A DNA stretch of 64,000 nt from an uncultured Tessaracoccus sp. (GCF_947286155.1 NZ_CAMYPD010000004.1:5478-69477), one strand, 5' to 3'. Shown: positions 28,398 to 38,589, counted from the stretch's first letter. The notes: generated by a model not told the origin, from the sequence alone. Numbers and translations: made by a program.

Positions 28398-29015
28398 ATG
28401 CTGGTTATGCTCCGACCCGTTCCGGCTCCCATCCGAGTCCTCATCGCCGAGGACCACCCTGTCGTCCTCGAAGGATTGCAGGCGATGCTCGGGAAGGAGG
28501 CGGACATGGAGCTGGTGGCCGCCGTCGAGCGGGGGCAGGACGTCGTGCCGACCGCTATGACCGTGGAACCCACCGTCGCGGTCCTCCCCCTTCGGATCTC
28601 GGGTGCCCGACGGGGCATCTCGCTGTGCCGTGAGTTGAAGCAGCGTGGCGGCTGCGCCGTCGTGATCTTCACGTCGTTCGCACGTGAGATCGACGTGATC
28701 CTCGCGCTGCTGGCCGGCGCCGACGCGATCATCTACAAGTCGGCCCCGGCTGACGTCATGACGGCGGCGATTCGCGGGGCAGGCCATAGCGAGCCGATCA
28801 TCTACCTGGAGTCCGGTGCCACGAAACCCGAACTGGTCGCGACGCGTGAGACCTTCACGGAACGGGAACGAGAGATCCTCGCACTCATGGCCGACGGGCT
28901 GACCAACGCGCAGATGGCGGAGGCGCTGTCTATCGAGATGACGACGGTGAAGACCCACGCGCGCAATGTCCTGCGCAAGCTGGGCGTGACGTCGCGGCGC
29001 GAGCTGCTCTCCTGA
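28398..29015 (+). CDS. LuxR/NarL-family response regulator with degenerate receiver (phospho-acceptor Asp replaced by Pro)
   Basis: Receiver segment IRVLIAEDHPVVLEGL...VAVLPLRISGARRG sits where canonical DLxLxDxxMPGMxG would be. C-terminal LuxR HTH reads REILALMADGLTNAQMAEALSIEMTTVKTHARNVLRKLGV. Confidence 0.75.
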   Translation: MLVMLRPVPAPIRVLIAEDHPVVLEGLQAMLGKEADMELVAAVERGQDVVPTAMTVEPTVAVLPLRISGARRGISLCRELKQRGGCAVVIFTSFAREIDVILALLAGADAIIYKSAPADVMTAAIRGAGHSEPIIYLESGATKPELVATRETFTEREREILALMADGLTNAQMAEALSIEMTTVKTHARNVLRKLGVTSRRELLS

Positions 29016-29199
29016 TCGAAGCGTCACCACCGCTCCGAGTCGCGGTGTACGAAATTTGTCAGAGGTGACTTCTACCTTGGAATCACGTTGGACGACGTGC
29101 TGGGATTCCAGCCACCGCCCGTCGTGGCCATCCCGAATCCCGGGACGGCCGGGTCGAAACCAGGGGATAACCGTGACACAACACCCGTCCGCGCGTTGA

Positions 29200-29568
29200 T
29201 CCGGCGCGCCCAGCGTCGGTCCTGCCCAACAGCCTCCGACGTGCGGCCCAACGCCCTACGCGCCCTCGGCGCCCACGCCGAGGAAGCCGTGGTTCAAGCG
29301 CAAGCGCTTCATCATCCTGATCGCCGCAGTACTGGCGATGCTCGTCTTCGTCCCTCGTGACGGAGAGTCCGACACGGCCGCAGCGCTCGCCGGCCACCAC
29401 CAGTACATCCTGCGGCACTGGCACCACATGCTGGCCTCGGCCAACGAGGGCACCGTCTCCGCAGCTTCCCGCATGGTCGCGACCGGTGAGGACTACAACG
29501 CCACCGAGGAGAGCGCCGCCGCGTCGCGGTTCTGGGGCGAGTACAACGACGGATCGAGGCCCCGATGA
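29200..29568 (+). pseudogene. small membrane-anchored protein ORF lacking a start codon (Pro-rich tail + TM anchor)
   Basis: The open frame from 29200 encodes ...PAQQPPTCGPTPYAPSAPTPRKPWFKRKRFIILIAAVLAMLVFV, but the first ATG is at 29338, inside the TM helix. An in-frame TGA lies at ~29197, directly after a GTG...MTQHPSAR. The ORF ends in an ATGA overlap with the next gene. Confidence 0.35.
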
Positions 29569-30059
29569 CGCGCGTCGGCACTGCTTTCAGTAATTACCTC
29601 GACTTGCCCGCCGCCATCACGCTGCGGGAACTGCACGACGTAACCAAGGCCGACGACACGTTCAGTGGCCGCAAAGACTGGCACGGGCGCGTCACGCATC
29701 TGATGCGGAGGGATCGCCACGACGAGGTCATCCGCACGATCGACCAAGCGATGCGGGGGGCGTTCCTCTCCCCCGACGCGCACCGGCTCATGGCCCATGC
29801 GCTGCATCAGATCGGCCGGGCCGATCGGTCCCGGTTCCACATGTACCTCGCGACGACGGCCGTGGAGATCATCGTCGACTCGGGCAAGAGGACGGCGGAT
29901 TCGCCTCGCAGGGTCCTACATGCAGCGGACGAGTACCCCGTGCTGCGTGAGCTGGGCCTGCGCTCGCGGTCATGCTGCATGCACGTCGACGGGAGCCGGT
30001 TCTTGGACGTGCACCAGCTCGACGACGGCTCGGAGATGTGGTTCGAGGTGATCGCATGA
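29565..30059 (+). CDS. hypothetical protein (164 aa), host-like GC and strong GC3 bias
   Basis: Good codon periodicity and no recognisable motifs. ATGA overlaps on both sides. Confidence 0.5.
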   Translation: MTRVGTAFSNYLDLPAAITLRELHDVTKADDTFSGRKDWHGRVTHLMRRDRHDEVIRTIDQAMRGAFLSPDAHRLMAHALHQIGRADRSRFHMYLATTAVEIIVDSGKRTADSPRRVLHAADEYPVLRELGLRSRSCCMHVDGSRFLDVHQLDDGSEMWFEVIA

Positions 30060-30730
30060 GTTTCACCACCACGTACTCCATGACCAATCCCGCGATCCGC
30101 GTGGGCATGGCCGGCTCCCGGACCCAGTCGCTCTCATTCACCGATTACATCGACTACGTCCGGCAGGTTCTTTCACACACTCCCCCGCCGCAACGCCTAG
30201 ATTTCGGAGACTACGAAGTGGGTCTCGTTGATGATCCGGCTCAGCTCCAACAACTCATCACCCAGAAAGAGAGGGAAGCCGGCCTAGCGAGAGTAGTTGC
30301 AGGTTATGCCTGGCCATGGATCAGCAAGAAAGACAACACCAAGTTCGATATCGATCTCGGCCCCGGCGCAACATGGCAGTGGAACACAACCCCGGTTGAT
30401 TGGGTGAATTCCCCAACGTCTGTGAATGAAGCCGGCTCTATTCACACCATTCAGGGCTATGACCTCAACTACGCGGGCGTCATCATCGGACGTGATTTGC
30501 GCTACGACGCGGACACGAAGCAACTCTTCATCGATAGAAACAGCTACTTCGACGTCGCAGGCAAACGCAACAACACCATGGCCGGTGTCGAAACAACTGA
30601 CGACATGCTGTTTCGGTACATCACCAACATCTACACGGTGTTACTGACCCGTGGCATCAAAGGCACATTCATCCACGCGGTTGATCTGGGCTTACAGCAA
30701 TACATCGGCAAGTTCCTGCCCACACTCTGA
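30056..30730 (+). CDS. UvrD_C-like / DUF2075 C-terminal domain protein; possible displaced 3' half of the 20759 gene
   Basis: GYAWPW...IHTIQGYDLNYAGVIIGRDL...TDDMLFRYITNIYTVLLTRGIKGTFIH matches the C-terminal helicase-like block of DUF2075/SF1 accessory domains. GC is visibly lower than the flanks. Confidence 0.5.
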   Translation: MSFTTTYSMTNPAIRVGMAGSRTQSLSFTDYIDYVRQVLSHTPPPQRLDFGDYEVGLVDDPAQLQQLITQKEREAGLARVVAGYAWPWISKKDNTKFDIDLGPGATWQWNTTPVDWVNSPTSVNEAGSIHTIQGYDLNYAGVIIGRDLRYDADTKQLFIDRNSYFDVAGKRNNTMAGVETTDDMLFRYITNIYTVLLTRGIKGTFIHAVDLGLQQYIGKFLPTL

Positions 30731-30744
30731 GCCATAAGCCCGCG

Positions 30745-31350
30745 TCAGTCGACCACCTTGGCAGGAAGCGTCGCGGGCTTGAACGCCGGCCGACGTTCCT
30801 CATATGCCGCGATGTCTGCGTCGTGTTGGAGGGTCATCGAGATGTCATCGAGCCCCTCCATGAGGCGGTAGCGCGTGAAGTCGTCGATCTCGAACTCGAT
30901 CACCTCATCGCCGACGGTGAGTGTGCGGTCGACGAGGCTCACCTCGATCGTGGCGCCCGGGTTGGCTTCAATCCAGCTCCACAGATCCTGCACAGTCTCC
31001 TCAGGGACGACGCCGACGACGAGCCCGGCTTTGCCCGCGTTGTTTCGGAAGATGTCGCCGAAGCGGGAGCCGATGATCACCTTGAAGCCGTAGTTCTGCA
31101 ACGCCCATACGGCGTGCTCACGCGACGAGCCGGTGCCGAAGTCTGGTCCTGGGATCAGGATGGTGCCGTTTTTGAACGCCTCCTGGTTCAGGACGAAGTC
31201 GGGGTCGTCGCGCCACGCGGCGAACAGCCCGTCCTCGAAGCCGGTACGGGTGATGCGCTTCAGGTAGACGGCCGGGATGATTTGGTCGGTATCGACGTTG
31301 CTGCGGCGCAGCGGAACGGGGACGCCGATGTGGGTAGAGAACTTGTCCAT
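30745..31350 (-). CDS. leuD: 3-isopropylmalate dehydratase small subunit
   Basis: LeuD signature throughout ([18 protein letters not shown]...GSSREHA). Confidence 0.9.
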   Translation of the reverse strand: MDKFSTHIGVPVPLRRSNVDTDQIIPAVYLKRITRTGFEDGLFAAWRDDPDFVLNQEAFKNGTILIPGPDFGTGSSREHAVWALQNYGFKVIIGSRFGDIFRNNAGKAGLVVGVVPEETVQDLWSWIEANPGATIEVSLVDRTLTVGDEVIEFEIDDFTRYRLMEGLDDISMTLQHDADIAAYEERRPAFKPATLPAKVVD

Positions 31351-31363
31351 GGGTGTTTCCTTC

Positions 31364-32761
31364 TCAGAGATCGGCTGGCGAGGACAGGTGGCCCGTCACT
31401 GCGGTGGCCGCGGCGACAGCTGGCGACACGAGGTGCGTGCGTCCGCCCTTGCCCTGGCGGCCCTCGAAGTTTCGGTTCGACGTGGATGCGGAGCGCTCCC
31501 CCGGGGCGAGCTGGTCGGGATTCATGCCCAGGCACATCGAGCAGCCTGCGGCACGCCACTCCGCGCCGAACTCAAGGAAGATCTTGTCGAGCCCTTCCTC
31601 TTCGGCCTGCAGACGCACGCGCGCAGAGCCGGGAACGACGAGCATGCGCACGTCGTCGCTGATCTTCCGCCCCTTCAGCACTTCGGCAGCCAGACGAAGA
31701 TCCTCGATGCGCCCGTTGGTGCAGGAACCGAGAAAGACGGTGTCGACCTTGATGTCGCGCATCTTCATACCGGGCGTGAGGTCCATGTAATCGAGGGCGC
31801 GGCGCACCGTCGTCTTGTCGATCTCGGACTTGAAGTCCTCCGGCGACGGCACCGCTCCCCCGAGCTCCACGCCTTGCCCGGGGTTGGTTCCCCAGGTGAC
31901 AAACGGCGTGAGCTTGGTGGCGTCGATGTGAATCTCGCGGTCAAATTCGGCGTCGTCGTCAGTGCGCAGGCTCTTCCAATACTCGACGGCCGCATCCCAC
32001 TCCGCGCCCTCAGGGGCGTGGGGGCGGCCCGCGATGTACTCGAACGTCGTCTCATCGGGCGCGATCATGCCCGCCTTCGCGCCCCACTCGATCGACATGT
32101 TGCAGATCGTCATCCGCCCTTCCATGGACAGCGACTCGATCGTCGAACCTCGATACTCGACGATGTACCCCTGACCACCGCCGGTGCCCACCTTCGCGAT
32201 GAGCGCGAGCACAATGTCTTTCGCGGTGACCCCATCGGGGAGCTCTCCGTCGATGTTCACGGCCATCGTCTTGAGTGCCTTCTGCGGCAGCGTCTGGGTG
32301 GCGAGCACGTGCTCCACTTCCGACGTGCCGATCCCGAATGCGAGCGCCCCGAACGCGCCATGCGTCGACGTGTGCGAGTCGCCGCACACGATCGTCATGC
32401 CCGGCTGCGTGAGCCCAAGCTGAGGCCCGACGACGTGGACGATGCCCTGATCTTTGTCCCCCAACGAATGGAGCCGGACGCCGAAGTCCTCCGCATTGCG
32501 CCGCAACGTCTCAACCTGGGTGCGGCTCGTCGGATCCGCGATGGGTTTGAGGATGTCCACCGTGGGCGTGTTGTGATCTTCAGTGGCGAGCGTGAGGTCG
32601 GGACGTCGCACCTTGCGCCCAGCAAGGCGAAGCCCCTCGAATGCCTGGGGGCTGGTCACTTCGTGCACCAGGTGAAGGTCGATGTAGAGCAGATCTGGCT
32701 CGTCATCGACGGAACGCGCGACATGCGCGTCCCACACCTTCTGGCTGAGAGTCTTGCCCAT
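31364..32761 (-). CDS. leuC: 3-isopropylmalate dehydratase large subunit
   Basis: Aconitase-family LeuC ([13 protein letters not shown]...[11 protein letters not shown]). Confidence 0.9.
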   Translation of the reverse strand: MGKTLSQKVWDAHVARSVDDEPDLLYIDLHLVHEVTSPQAFEGLRLAGRKVRRPDLTLATEDHNTPTVDILKPIADPTSRTQVETLRRNAEDFGVRLHSLGDKDQGIVHVVGPQLGLTQPGMTIVCGDSHTSTHGAFGALAFGIGTSEVEHVLATQTLPQKALKTMAVNIDGELPDGVTAKDIVLALIAKVGTGGGQGYIVEYRGSTIESLSMEGRMTICNMSIEWGAKAGMIAPDETTFEYIAGRPHAPEGAEWDAAVEYWKSLRTDDDAEFDREIHIDATKLTPFVTWGTNPGQGVELGGAVPSPEDFKSEIDKTTVRRALDYMDLTPGMKMRDIKVDTVFLGSCTNGRIEDLRLAAEVLKGRKISDDVRMLVVPGSARVRLQAEEEGLDKIFLEFGAEWRAAGCSMCLGMNPDQLAPGERSASTSNRNFEGRQGKGGRTHLVSPAVAAATAVTGHLSSPADL

Positions 32762-32857
32762 GAAATCACCTTCCGATAACGCGTACACCACTACTGTTAC
32801 TTAACGGTAGGCGGCGCAAACTTGCAGTCCGTATCCTGATATAGCTAGTCTCAGCAT

Positions 32858-33586
32858 ATGGACGAAACTAGCAGTGGAGTGGGCGTACTCGACAAGGCAG
32901 CTGCCGTGTTGAGCGCCCTCGAACGCCAGCCCCTCACGTTGGCGGGCCTCGTAACGGCGACGGGTCTCGCGCGCCCCACCGCGCACCGGCTCGCCGTGGC
33001 GCTCGAATTCCACCGATTCGTGGGCCGCGACCTTCAGGGCCGCTTCGTACTCGGCCCTCGACTCATGGAACTCGCCGACTCCGCCGGGGAAGATCCTCTC
33101 CTCTCTACCGCCGGGCCCATCCTCACCCGTCTGCGCGACATCACCGGCGAATCGGCGCAGTTGTTCCGACGCCAGGGCGACGTGCGCGTGTGCGTGGCCG
33201 CCGTCGAACGCCCACAAGGCCTGCGCGACACCGTGCCGCTCGGCGCCCAGCTCTCCATGAAGGCTGGGTCTGCCGCTCAGGTGCTGCTGGCGTGGGAAAA
33301 CCCAGAGAGCATTCAGGCCCTTCTCGAGGGTGCGAGCTTCACCCAGTCAATGCTGCACACCGTCCGACGTCGCGGCTGGGCCCAGTCGGTGGCTGAGCGA
33401 GAGCCAGGGGTGGCGAGCGTCTCCGCCCCGGTGCTGGCTCCGTCGGGAAAAATCATTGCCGCAGTCTCGTGTTCCGGGCCAATCGAGCGCCTGTCCCGCT
33501 ACCCTGGCCGGCTCCACGGCGCAGCTGTCATGGCCGCCGCCGAGCGCCTGAGCGAGGTGCTGAAACGCTCTGGCACCGGCGATTGA
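32858..33586 (+). CDS. ltbR: IclR-family transcriptional regulator, divergent from leuCD (LtbR-like)
   Basis: IclR HTH and effector domain. This is the divergent arrangement typical of the leuCD regulator in actinobacteria. Confidence 0.75.
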   Translation: MDETSSGVGVLDKAAAVLSALERQPLTLAGLVTATGLARPTAHRLAVALEFHRFVGRDLQGRFVLGPRLMELADSAGEDPLLSTAGPILTRLRDITGESAQLFRRQGDVRVCVAAVERPQGLRDTVPLGAQLSMKAGSAAQVLLAWENPESIQALLEGASFTQSMLHTVRRRGWAQSVAEREPGVASVSAPVLAPSGKIIAAVSCSGPIERLSRYPGRLHGAAVMAAAERLSEVLKRSGTGD

Positions 33587-33595
33587 ACCTGAGTA

Positions 33596-33635
33596 AGCAA
33601 AATGCCTAGCCAAACTTGATTGGCTAGGCATTTTG
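33596..33635. terminator. bidirectional hairpin terminator
   Basis: gcaaaatgcctagccaa-acttga-ttggctaggcattttgc is a perfect 17-bp stem with T/A runs on both sides. It lies between the iclR stop and the tRNA-Glu 3' end. Confidence 0.6.
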
Positions 33636-33637
33636 CT

Positions 33638-33712
33638 TGGTAGCCCCGACGGGATTTGAACCCGCGCTACCGCCTTGAGAGGGCGGCGTGCTGGACCGCT
33701 ACACAACGGGGC
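33638..33712 (-). tRNA. tRNA-Glu (anticodon CTC), CCA encoded
   Basis: Reverse complement is GCCCCGTTGTGTAGCGGTCCAGCACGCCGCCCTCTCAAGGCGGTAGCGCGGGTTCAAATCCCGTCGGGGCTACCA. Cloverleaf is consistent and the anticodon loop is CTCTCAA. Confidence 0.75.
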
Positions 33713-33739
33713 CGAAGCAGGTGGAGAATCGCTTCTCCG

Positions 33740-33811
33740 CAGGGGTACCAGGACTCGAACCTGGACTAACTGAACCAGAATCAGTCGGGCTGCCAATTAC
33801 CCCATACCCCT
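33740..33811 (-). tRNA. tRNA-Gln (anticodon CTG)
   Basis: Reverse complement is AGGGGTATGGGGTAATTGGCAGCCCGACTGATTCTGGTTCAGTTAGTCCAGGTTCGAGTCCTGGTACCCCTG. Anticodon loop is TTCTGGT. No encoded CCA. Confidence 0.7.
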
Positions 33812-33872
33812 AGGTTACTGGTGCGTTGGCACGTCGACAGACTCTACACGACGAAATCGCGGCGATGCAACA

Positions 33873-34802
33873 TCACGGAGTCCGCGTCGCGAGGTGCATA
33901 CGACGAGCTATCCACCCGGCGACGAGCGCGAATAGTACGAAGGTCAACATGTCCCACCCAGCCTTGGCCCAGGTGATCTCCTGCACCGCACGAATCTCGG
34001 CCACACTCGTAGTGAAAATGGCGTATCCGAACGCCCCCAAATTGTTCACGACGTGCGCCGCGATGCCCGCTTCCAAGCCGCCCGTCCACAGCACGAGCAC
34101 CCCAGACACCAATCCGAAGGCCAGCCGGTGCGCAAACAGCGCCGGATTCTGGAGCCCATGCATGAAGGCGAAGATCAGCGACGAGGCCACCACGCCAACC
34201 CACACCCTCCCCGCCATCGAGCCGAACGCCTGCAACAGGTAGCCGCGGAAGAACACCTCCTCCGCGAGTGCTTGCAGTGGAGACGACAACAGCACCACGA
34301 GCACGAACCAACCCGCGTTCGACTGCCCTGAGTTGAACTGCGGCATGCCTTGCCAGAGAAACGACGCCCACAGCATGGCGTTCAGCAGCACCACCGCGAC
34401 GAGGAACGTCGCGAGCAAATACCGCCACCGCATGCCCGGTTGCACGGAGAAAGTCCACTCCCCCGCTCGACCATGCACGAACCGCGCCACCACCAGCGCC
34501 ACGAGCGTGAGCGAGGCCAGGGCGAGATGTCCGGCGAGCAGCCCTTCCGGGATTTCATAGGCGCGCGCCCACTTGGCATACGTCGCAAAATCGTGCACGC
34601 CACGAGCCCGAGCGCCGACGAAGAGCACCACCTGCTGCACGACCGGGAGCAGCACCACGTAGCCGCAAAACGCCAACAGGATGCCCATCATCGCCCGGAA
34701 CGGCTCGACAGGCTGCAGCGCGAGCGCGTAAGGCACGTCGGACGGCGGATCTTCCGGTGCCCCGCGGTGCAGCAGCGTCGGGGCCTGGCTGGGGTGACTC
34801 AC
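33873..34802 (-). CDS. CPBP family intramembrane glutamic endopeptidase (CAAX protease-like)
   Basis: EEVFFRGYL and FAFMHG motifs in a polytopic membrane protein. Confidence 0.75.
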   Translation of the reverse strand: MSHPSQAPTLLHRGAPEDPPSDVPYALALQPVEPFRAMMGILLAFCGYVVLLPVVQQVVLFVGARARGVHDFATYAKWARAYEIPEGLLAGHLALASLTLVALVVARFVHGRAGEWTFSVQPGMRWRYLLATFLVAVVLLNAMLWASFLWQGMPQFNSGQSNAGWFVLVVLLSSPLQALAEEVFFRGYLLQAFGSMAGRVWVGVVASSLIFAFMHGLQNPALFAHRLAFGLVSGVLVLWTGGLEAGIAAHVVNNLGAFGYAIFTTSVAEIRAVQEITWAKAGWDMLTFVLFALVAGWIARRMHLATRTP

Positions 34803-35602
34803 TCGTCGGCGACCGGATTACTCAACGTGCCGAGCCCGTCGATGGTGATGCTGACCTCGTCGCCGGCGTGCATATCGCCGACGCCTGCCGGGGTGCCGGT
34901 GAGGATGAGGTCACCCGGCAGCAGGGTGATCGACTTCGTGAGCTCGACGACGATGTCGGTGATGCCGCGCATCATGTCGCGTGTGTTGCCGTCTTGGCGA
35001 AGCTCGTCGCCGACGACGGTCTGGACGCTGAGCTGCGAGGCCTCCTCAATGCTGAGGTGCGTGTTGATCCACGGGCCGAGTGGCAGGAACGTGTCGGCTC
35101 CCTTCGCGCGCCACCACTGATTGTCGCTGCGTTGCCAGTCGCGGGCGGTCACATCGTTGGCGATGGTGTACCCGAAGATGACATCCTTCACGCGCTCCGC
35201 GGGCACTTCCTTGCAGAACCGACCAATGACGATCGCGAGCTCACCCTCGTAGCTCATTTCGGCGCAGCCGGCGGGCTTAATGATGCTCTCGCCTGGGCCG
35301 ATCACCGTCGTGTTCGGCTTGAAGAATGCCAACAACTCCGACGGTGCCTCGCCGCCCATTTCCTGCACGTGATCGGCGTAGTTCTTGCCGATGCCGATGA
35401 TCTTGCTACGCGGAATCACCGGCGAGAGCAGGCGTACGTCGTCGAGGTGGAACCGCTCCCCCGTGTAGTTCACGGGCACCCCGGCTAGCGGGTCTGCGGT
35501 GAGCGAGGCGATCGTGTCGGGATGGTCGCCGTCGTCGACCGCCAACTCGATGATGCCGTAAGTGGGCTCCATACCGTCGCGGGTGAATCGTGCAATGCGC
35601 AT
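34799..35602 (-). CDS. fumarylacetoacetate hydrolase (FAH) family protein
   Basis: FAH fold motifs (GIGKNYADH...YEGELAIVIG...GTPAGVG). Overlaps its neighbour by 4 nt. Confidence 0.8.
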   Translation of the reverse strand: MRIARFTRDGMEPTYGIIELAVDDGDHPDTIASLTADPLAGVPVNYTGERFHLDDVRLLSPVIPRSKIIGIGKNYADHVQEMGGEAPSELLAFFKPNTTVIGPGESIIKPAGCAEMSYEGELAIVIGRFCKEVPAERVKDVIFGYTIANDVTARDWQRSDNQWWRAKGADTFLPLGPWINTHLSIEEASQLSVQTVVGDELRQDGNTRDMMRGITDIVVELTKSITLLPGDLILTGTPAGVGDMHAGDEVSITIDGLGTLSNPVADE

Positions 35603-35606
35603 GGGC

Positions 35607-36339
35607 TCAGCCTATCGTCCCGGCGCGTGCAGCCACAGCCACGAGAAATTGCTCGGCCAAGCGCCGCCCGGCGAGCGCCACCTGCGCATCCACGGCCTCC
35701 ATTTCGCGCCGGATCGCCGCGCCGTCGCCGCCATGCCCGTTCGTCCACAGTTCCATACGCTCGGGCGACACCTCGGGATGAAACTGCACACCGACAGCCG
35801 AGCCGATGCGCATCGCCTGCACTGCACAGCGCGCCGACGACGCAAGCAGCGAGGCGCCGTCGGGGATGCGTGTGACGGCGTCGTTGTGGGATTCCGCGAC
35901 GATACTCGCGCCGGCACGTGCGAGCTCGCCCACCAGCGGGTCCGACACTGCCTGCTCGCTCCAGACAACTTCCGCCGCGCCTTCTTCGTCGCGCCCGGCA
36001 GCAGGCGCCTGCACCTCGCCACCGAACTCGCGGGCGAGGATCTGGTGCCCGAGGCAGATACCGAGTGTGGGAACGTCCGCGTCGACCGCACGCCGCAGCA
36101 TGCGCATCACCATCGGCAGCCAGGGCGAGGCAGCATCGTCGAGGGCGTTCGCTCGGCCTCCGAGGACGATGAGGCCGTCCGCGAGCTCGGTCTGGAACGC
36201 GTCGAGCTGCTCCCACACGCGCCGCACGTCGAGCTTCGCGCCTATGCGGAGCCAGGGTTCAAACCGGTCGAGCGGGCAGAGCTCGTCGAGTTCCAGCACG
36301 GTGATGTGCGGCGATGCGCTGCGGGAAGAGTTGGGCATG
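35607..36339 (-). CDS. class I glutamine amidotransferase-like protein
   Basis: [12 protein letters not shown] (nucleophile elbow Cys) and VQFHPE. Start refined to MPNSSRS inside track ORF 35607..36536. Confidence 0.68.
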
Positions 36340-36426
36340 CCTCGAACGGTAGACCATCGCTGGCCAGATCGCCCAGGTGATGAAACGGCGTGGGCAGGCG
36401 GCGCGCCGGTGGCTAGTGTGGCAGGC

Positions 36427-37476
36427 ATGACGCGCAAGAACATCGCAGTGATTGGCGGGGACGGCATCGGCCCCGAGGTGACCACCGAAGCACTCAAGGT
36501 GCTGCACGCCGCAGCGCCTGACGCATTCAACTGCACGCACTACGACCTTGGCGCGGAGCGCTGGCAGCGCACCGGCGAGGTGCTTCCCGACTCCGTGCTC
36601 GACGAGCTGCGCGGCGCAGACGCGATCGTGCTGGGCGCGGTGGGCGCGGCTCCCGGATCGAAGGCGATCCCGTCGGGGCTCCTGGAACGCGGGTTGTTGC
36701 TGCGCCTGCGCTTCGCGTTCGACCACGCCGTGAACCTGCGCCCCTCCACCCTCTATCCGGGGGTGCCGACGCCGCTCGCACCCGAGGTGGTGGAAGGCAA
36801 ACAGGTCGATTTCGTGGTGGTGCGCGAGGGCACCGAGGGCCTGTACTGCGGCAACGGCGGCGCGGTGCGCGTCGGCACGCCGCATGAAATCGCCACCGAA
36901 GTGAGCGTGAATACCGCCTACGGTGTGGAGCGCGTGGTGCGCGACGCGTACGAGCGGGCCAGCCGTCGTCGGGGGAAGCTGACGCTGCTCCACAAGCACA
37001 ACGTGCTCGTCAACGCGGGCAAGCTCTGGAACCGTGTCGTCGCTGAGATCGGCGAGGAGTTCCCCAACGTCGAGACGAACTATCTGCACATCGACGCGGC
37101 CATGATCGCGCTGGTGAAGGATCCGGCGCAGTTCGACGTGATCGTCACCGACAACCTGTTCGGCGACATCGTCACCGACCTCGCCGCCGCCGTCACCGGT
37201 GGCATCGGGCTCGCCGCCAGCGCAAATATCAACCCGTCGCGCGAATTCCCGAGCATGTTTGAGCCCGTCCACGGTTCGGCACCCGACATTGCAGGCCAGG
37301 GCATCGCCGACCCGACCGCAGCCATCTCCTCGATGGCACTGCTGCTCGATCACCTGGGCAAACACGAACAAGCGGCGCGCGTGCAAGCCGCCGTCGCAGA
37401 AGATATCAGCGAACGCGGAGCAGGCCCGGTGCGCACCACCGAGGTCGGCGACCGCATCGCAGGAAGGATCGCATGA
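36427..37476 (+). CDS. leuB: 3-isopropylmalate dehydrogenase
   Basis: [18 protein letters not shown]...[25 protein letters not shown], embedded in the longer track ORF 35806..37476. Confidence 0.9.
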   Translation: MTRKNIAVIGGDGIGPEVTTEALKVLHAAAPDAFNCTHYDLGAERWQRTGEVLPDSVLDELRGADAIVLGAVGAAPGSKAIPSGLLERGLLLRLRFAFDHAVNLRPSTLYPGVPTPLAPEVVEGKQVDFVVVREGTEGLYCGNGGAVRVGTPHEIATEVSVNTAYGVERVVRDAYERASRRRGKLTLLHKHNVLVNAGKLWNRVVAEIGEEFPNVETNYLHIDAAMIALVKDPAQFDVIVTDNLFGDIVTDLAAAVTGGIGLAASANINPSREFPSMFEPVHGSAPDIAGQGIADPTAAISSMALLLDHLGKHEQAARVQAAVAEDISERGAGPVRTTEVGDRIAGRIA

Positions 37477-38156
37477 AACCCGTCGCAGTCATCACCGGAG
37501 CCTCGCGCGGCATCGGCGCAGCCATCGCCCGCGAACTCGTACGCACGCACCACATTTTCGTCGGCGGCACCAACCCCGAGAGCGTGCTGAAGGTCGTCGA
37601 CGAGTTGGACGACGCCTCGCCGTTCGTCGCCGACCTCAACGACGACGCCGCACTCGCCGCGGCTGCGGAGCAGGTGGAGCGCTGCGACGTGCTCATCCAC
37701 AGCGCCGGCATCGAAGCGTCCAAGCCCATCGCGGAGACCACGCGCGACGACTTCCGGCAGATCTTCGAGATCAATCTGTTCGCCGTCGCCCAGCTCACCA
37801 CGCTGCTGCTGCCCAAGCTGCGGGAAGCCCGCGGCCATGTGTTCACCATCAACTCCGGCATGGGCATACGCTCCCGAGCGAACGGCGCACTCTACAGCGG
37901 CTCGAAGTTCGCGCTGCGCGCCTTCACCGACGCGCTGCGCGAGGAGGAACGCGGCACCATTCGCGTAACCTCGATCCACCCCGGACGCGTCGACACCGAC
38001 ATGCAGCGCGCCATGCAGGAGCGCGACGGCAACCCGTACCGGCAGGACAAGTACATTCGCCCGGGCGCCATCGCCGATCTCGTCCGACTCGCCGTCGACG
38101 CGACGCCCGAGGCAATGATCGAATATCTCGAAGTGCGCCCGGTCGCCACGTCGTAG
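37473..38156 (+). CDS. SDR family oxidoreductase
   Basis: [12 protein letters not shown] (TGxxxGIG) and YSGSKFAL (YxxxK). ATGA overlap with leuB. Confidence 0.85.
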   Translation: MKPVAVITGASRGIGAAIARELVRTHHIFVGGTNPESVLKVVDELDDASPFVADLNDDAALAAAAEQVERCDVLIHSAGIEASKPIAETTRDDFRQIFEINLFAVAQLTTLLLPKLREARGHVFTINSGMGIRSRANGALYSGSKFALRAFTDALREEERGTIRVTSIHPGRVDTDMQRAMQERDGNPYRQDKYIRPGAIADLVRLAVDATPEAMIEYLEVRPVATS

Positions 38157-38173
38157 CAGGCGAGCCGCGGCTG

Positions 38174-38194
38174 ACTACTCGGTTTCGCCTGCCA
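38174..38194. repeat. 21-bp direct repeat, copy 1 (ctactcggtttcgcctgccac); duplicates the 3' terminus of the flotillin gene
   Basis: Identical to 39297..39317, which encodes ...VVAGETE* of flotillin on the minus strand. This copy is intergenic, just after the SDR stop. Confidence 0.6.
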
Positions 38195-38316
38195 CTTTGA
38201 TGCGCGTTGCGTTACCACTCAGGTCGGTTTGGAGTATGGGCCCTGGGAAGCCAAACGTAGACTAGTCAGCAACTGTTCGCGCTGGGTGTAACCCCAGCTA
38301 GAAAGGATGCGCTCCC

Positions 38317-38553
38317 GTGGATACACGACGCAAGATCGGCTTGGGCCTCTGGGCTGCCCTCATTGCACTCGGATGCATACTTTCAGTGTTGTTGAACCAA
38401 GCCATGGACAGAGCAGATCGATTGCAAATCAGCGGTGCGCCGTCGACGATAGAATGGTGTTTGATCGCCGTATGGCTGCTGCTAGCGCTCGTAACAATCA
38501 GCTACACGCTCTGGTTTGCGATCAGCAAGCTTCGACAGCATCGCCAGGGCTAG
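38317..38553 (+). CDS. small hypothetical membrane protein (78 aa, 2 TM)
   Basis: Track ORF with two hydrophobic helices in a lower-GC insert. Weak. Confidence 0.35.
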   Translation: MDTRRKIGLGLWAALIALGCILSVLLNQAMDRADRLQISGAPSTIEWCLIAVWLLLALVTISYTLWFAISKLRQHRQG

Positions 38554-38589
38554 CCAAGAGCGCTACGTTGCCGACCAGCTGTTCATAGG

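Noticed and set aside
29565-30059. 164-aa ORF as the missing middle segment of the split DUF2075-like gene
   Set aside because: It has host-like GC and GC3, no P-loop/helicase motifs, and clean ATGA couplings. It was treated as an independent gene.
33638-33811. tRNA genes as an integration site of a genomic island
   Set aside because: There is no integrase, no direct repeat of the tRNA 3' end, and no compositional shift next to them.
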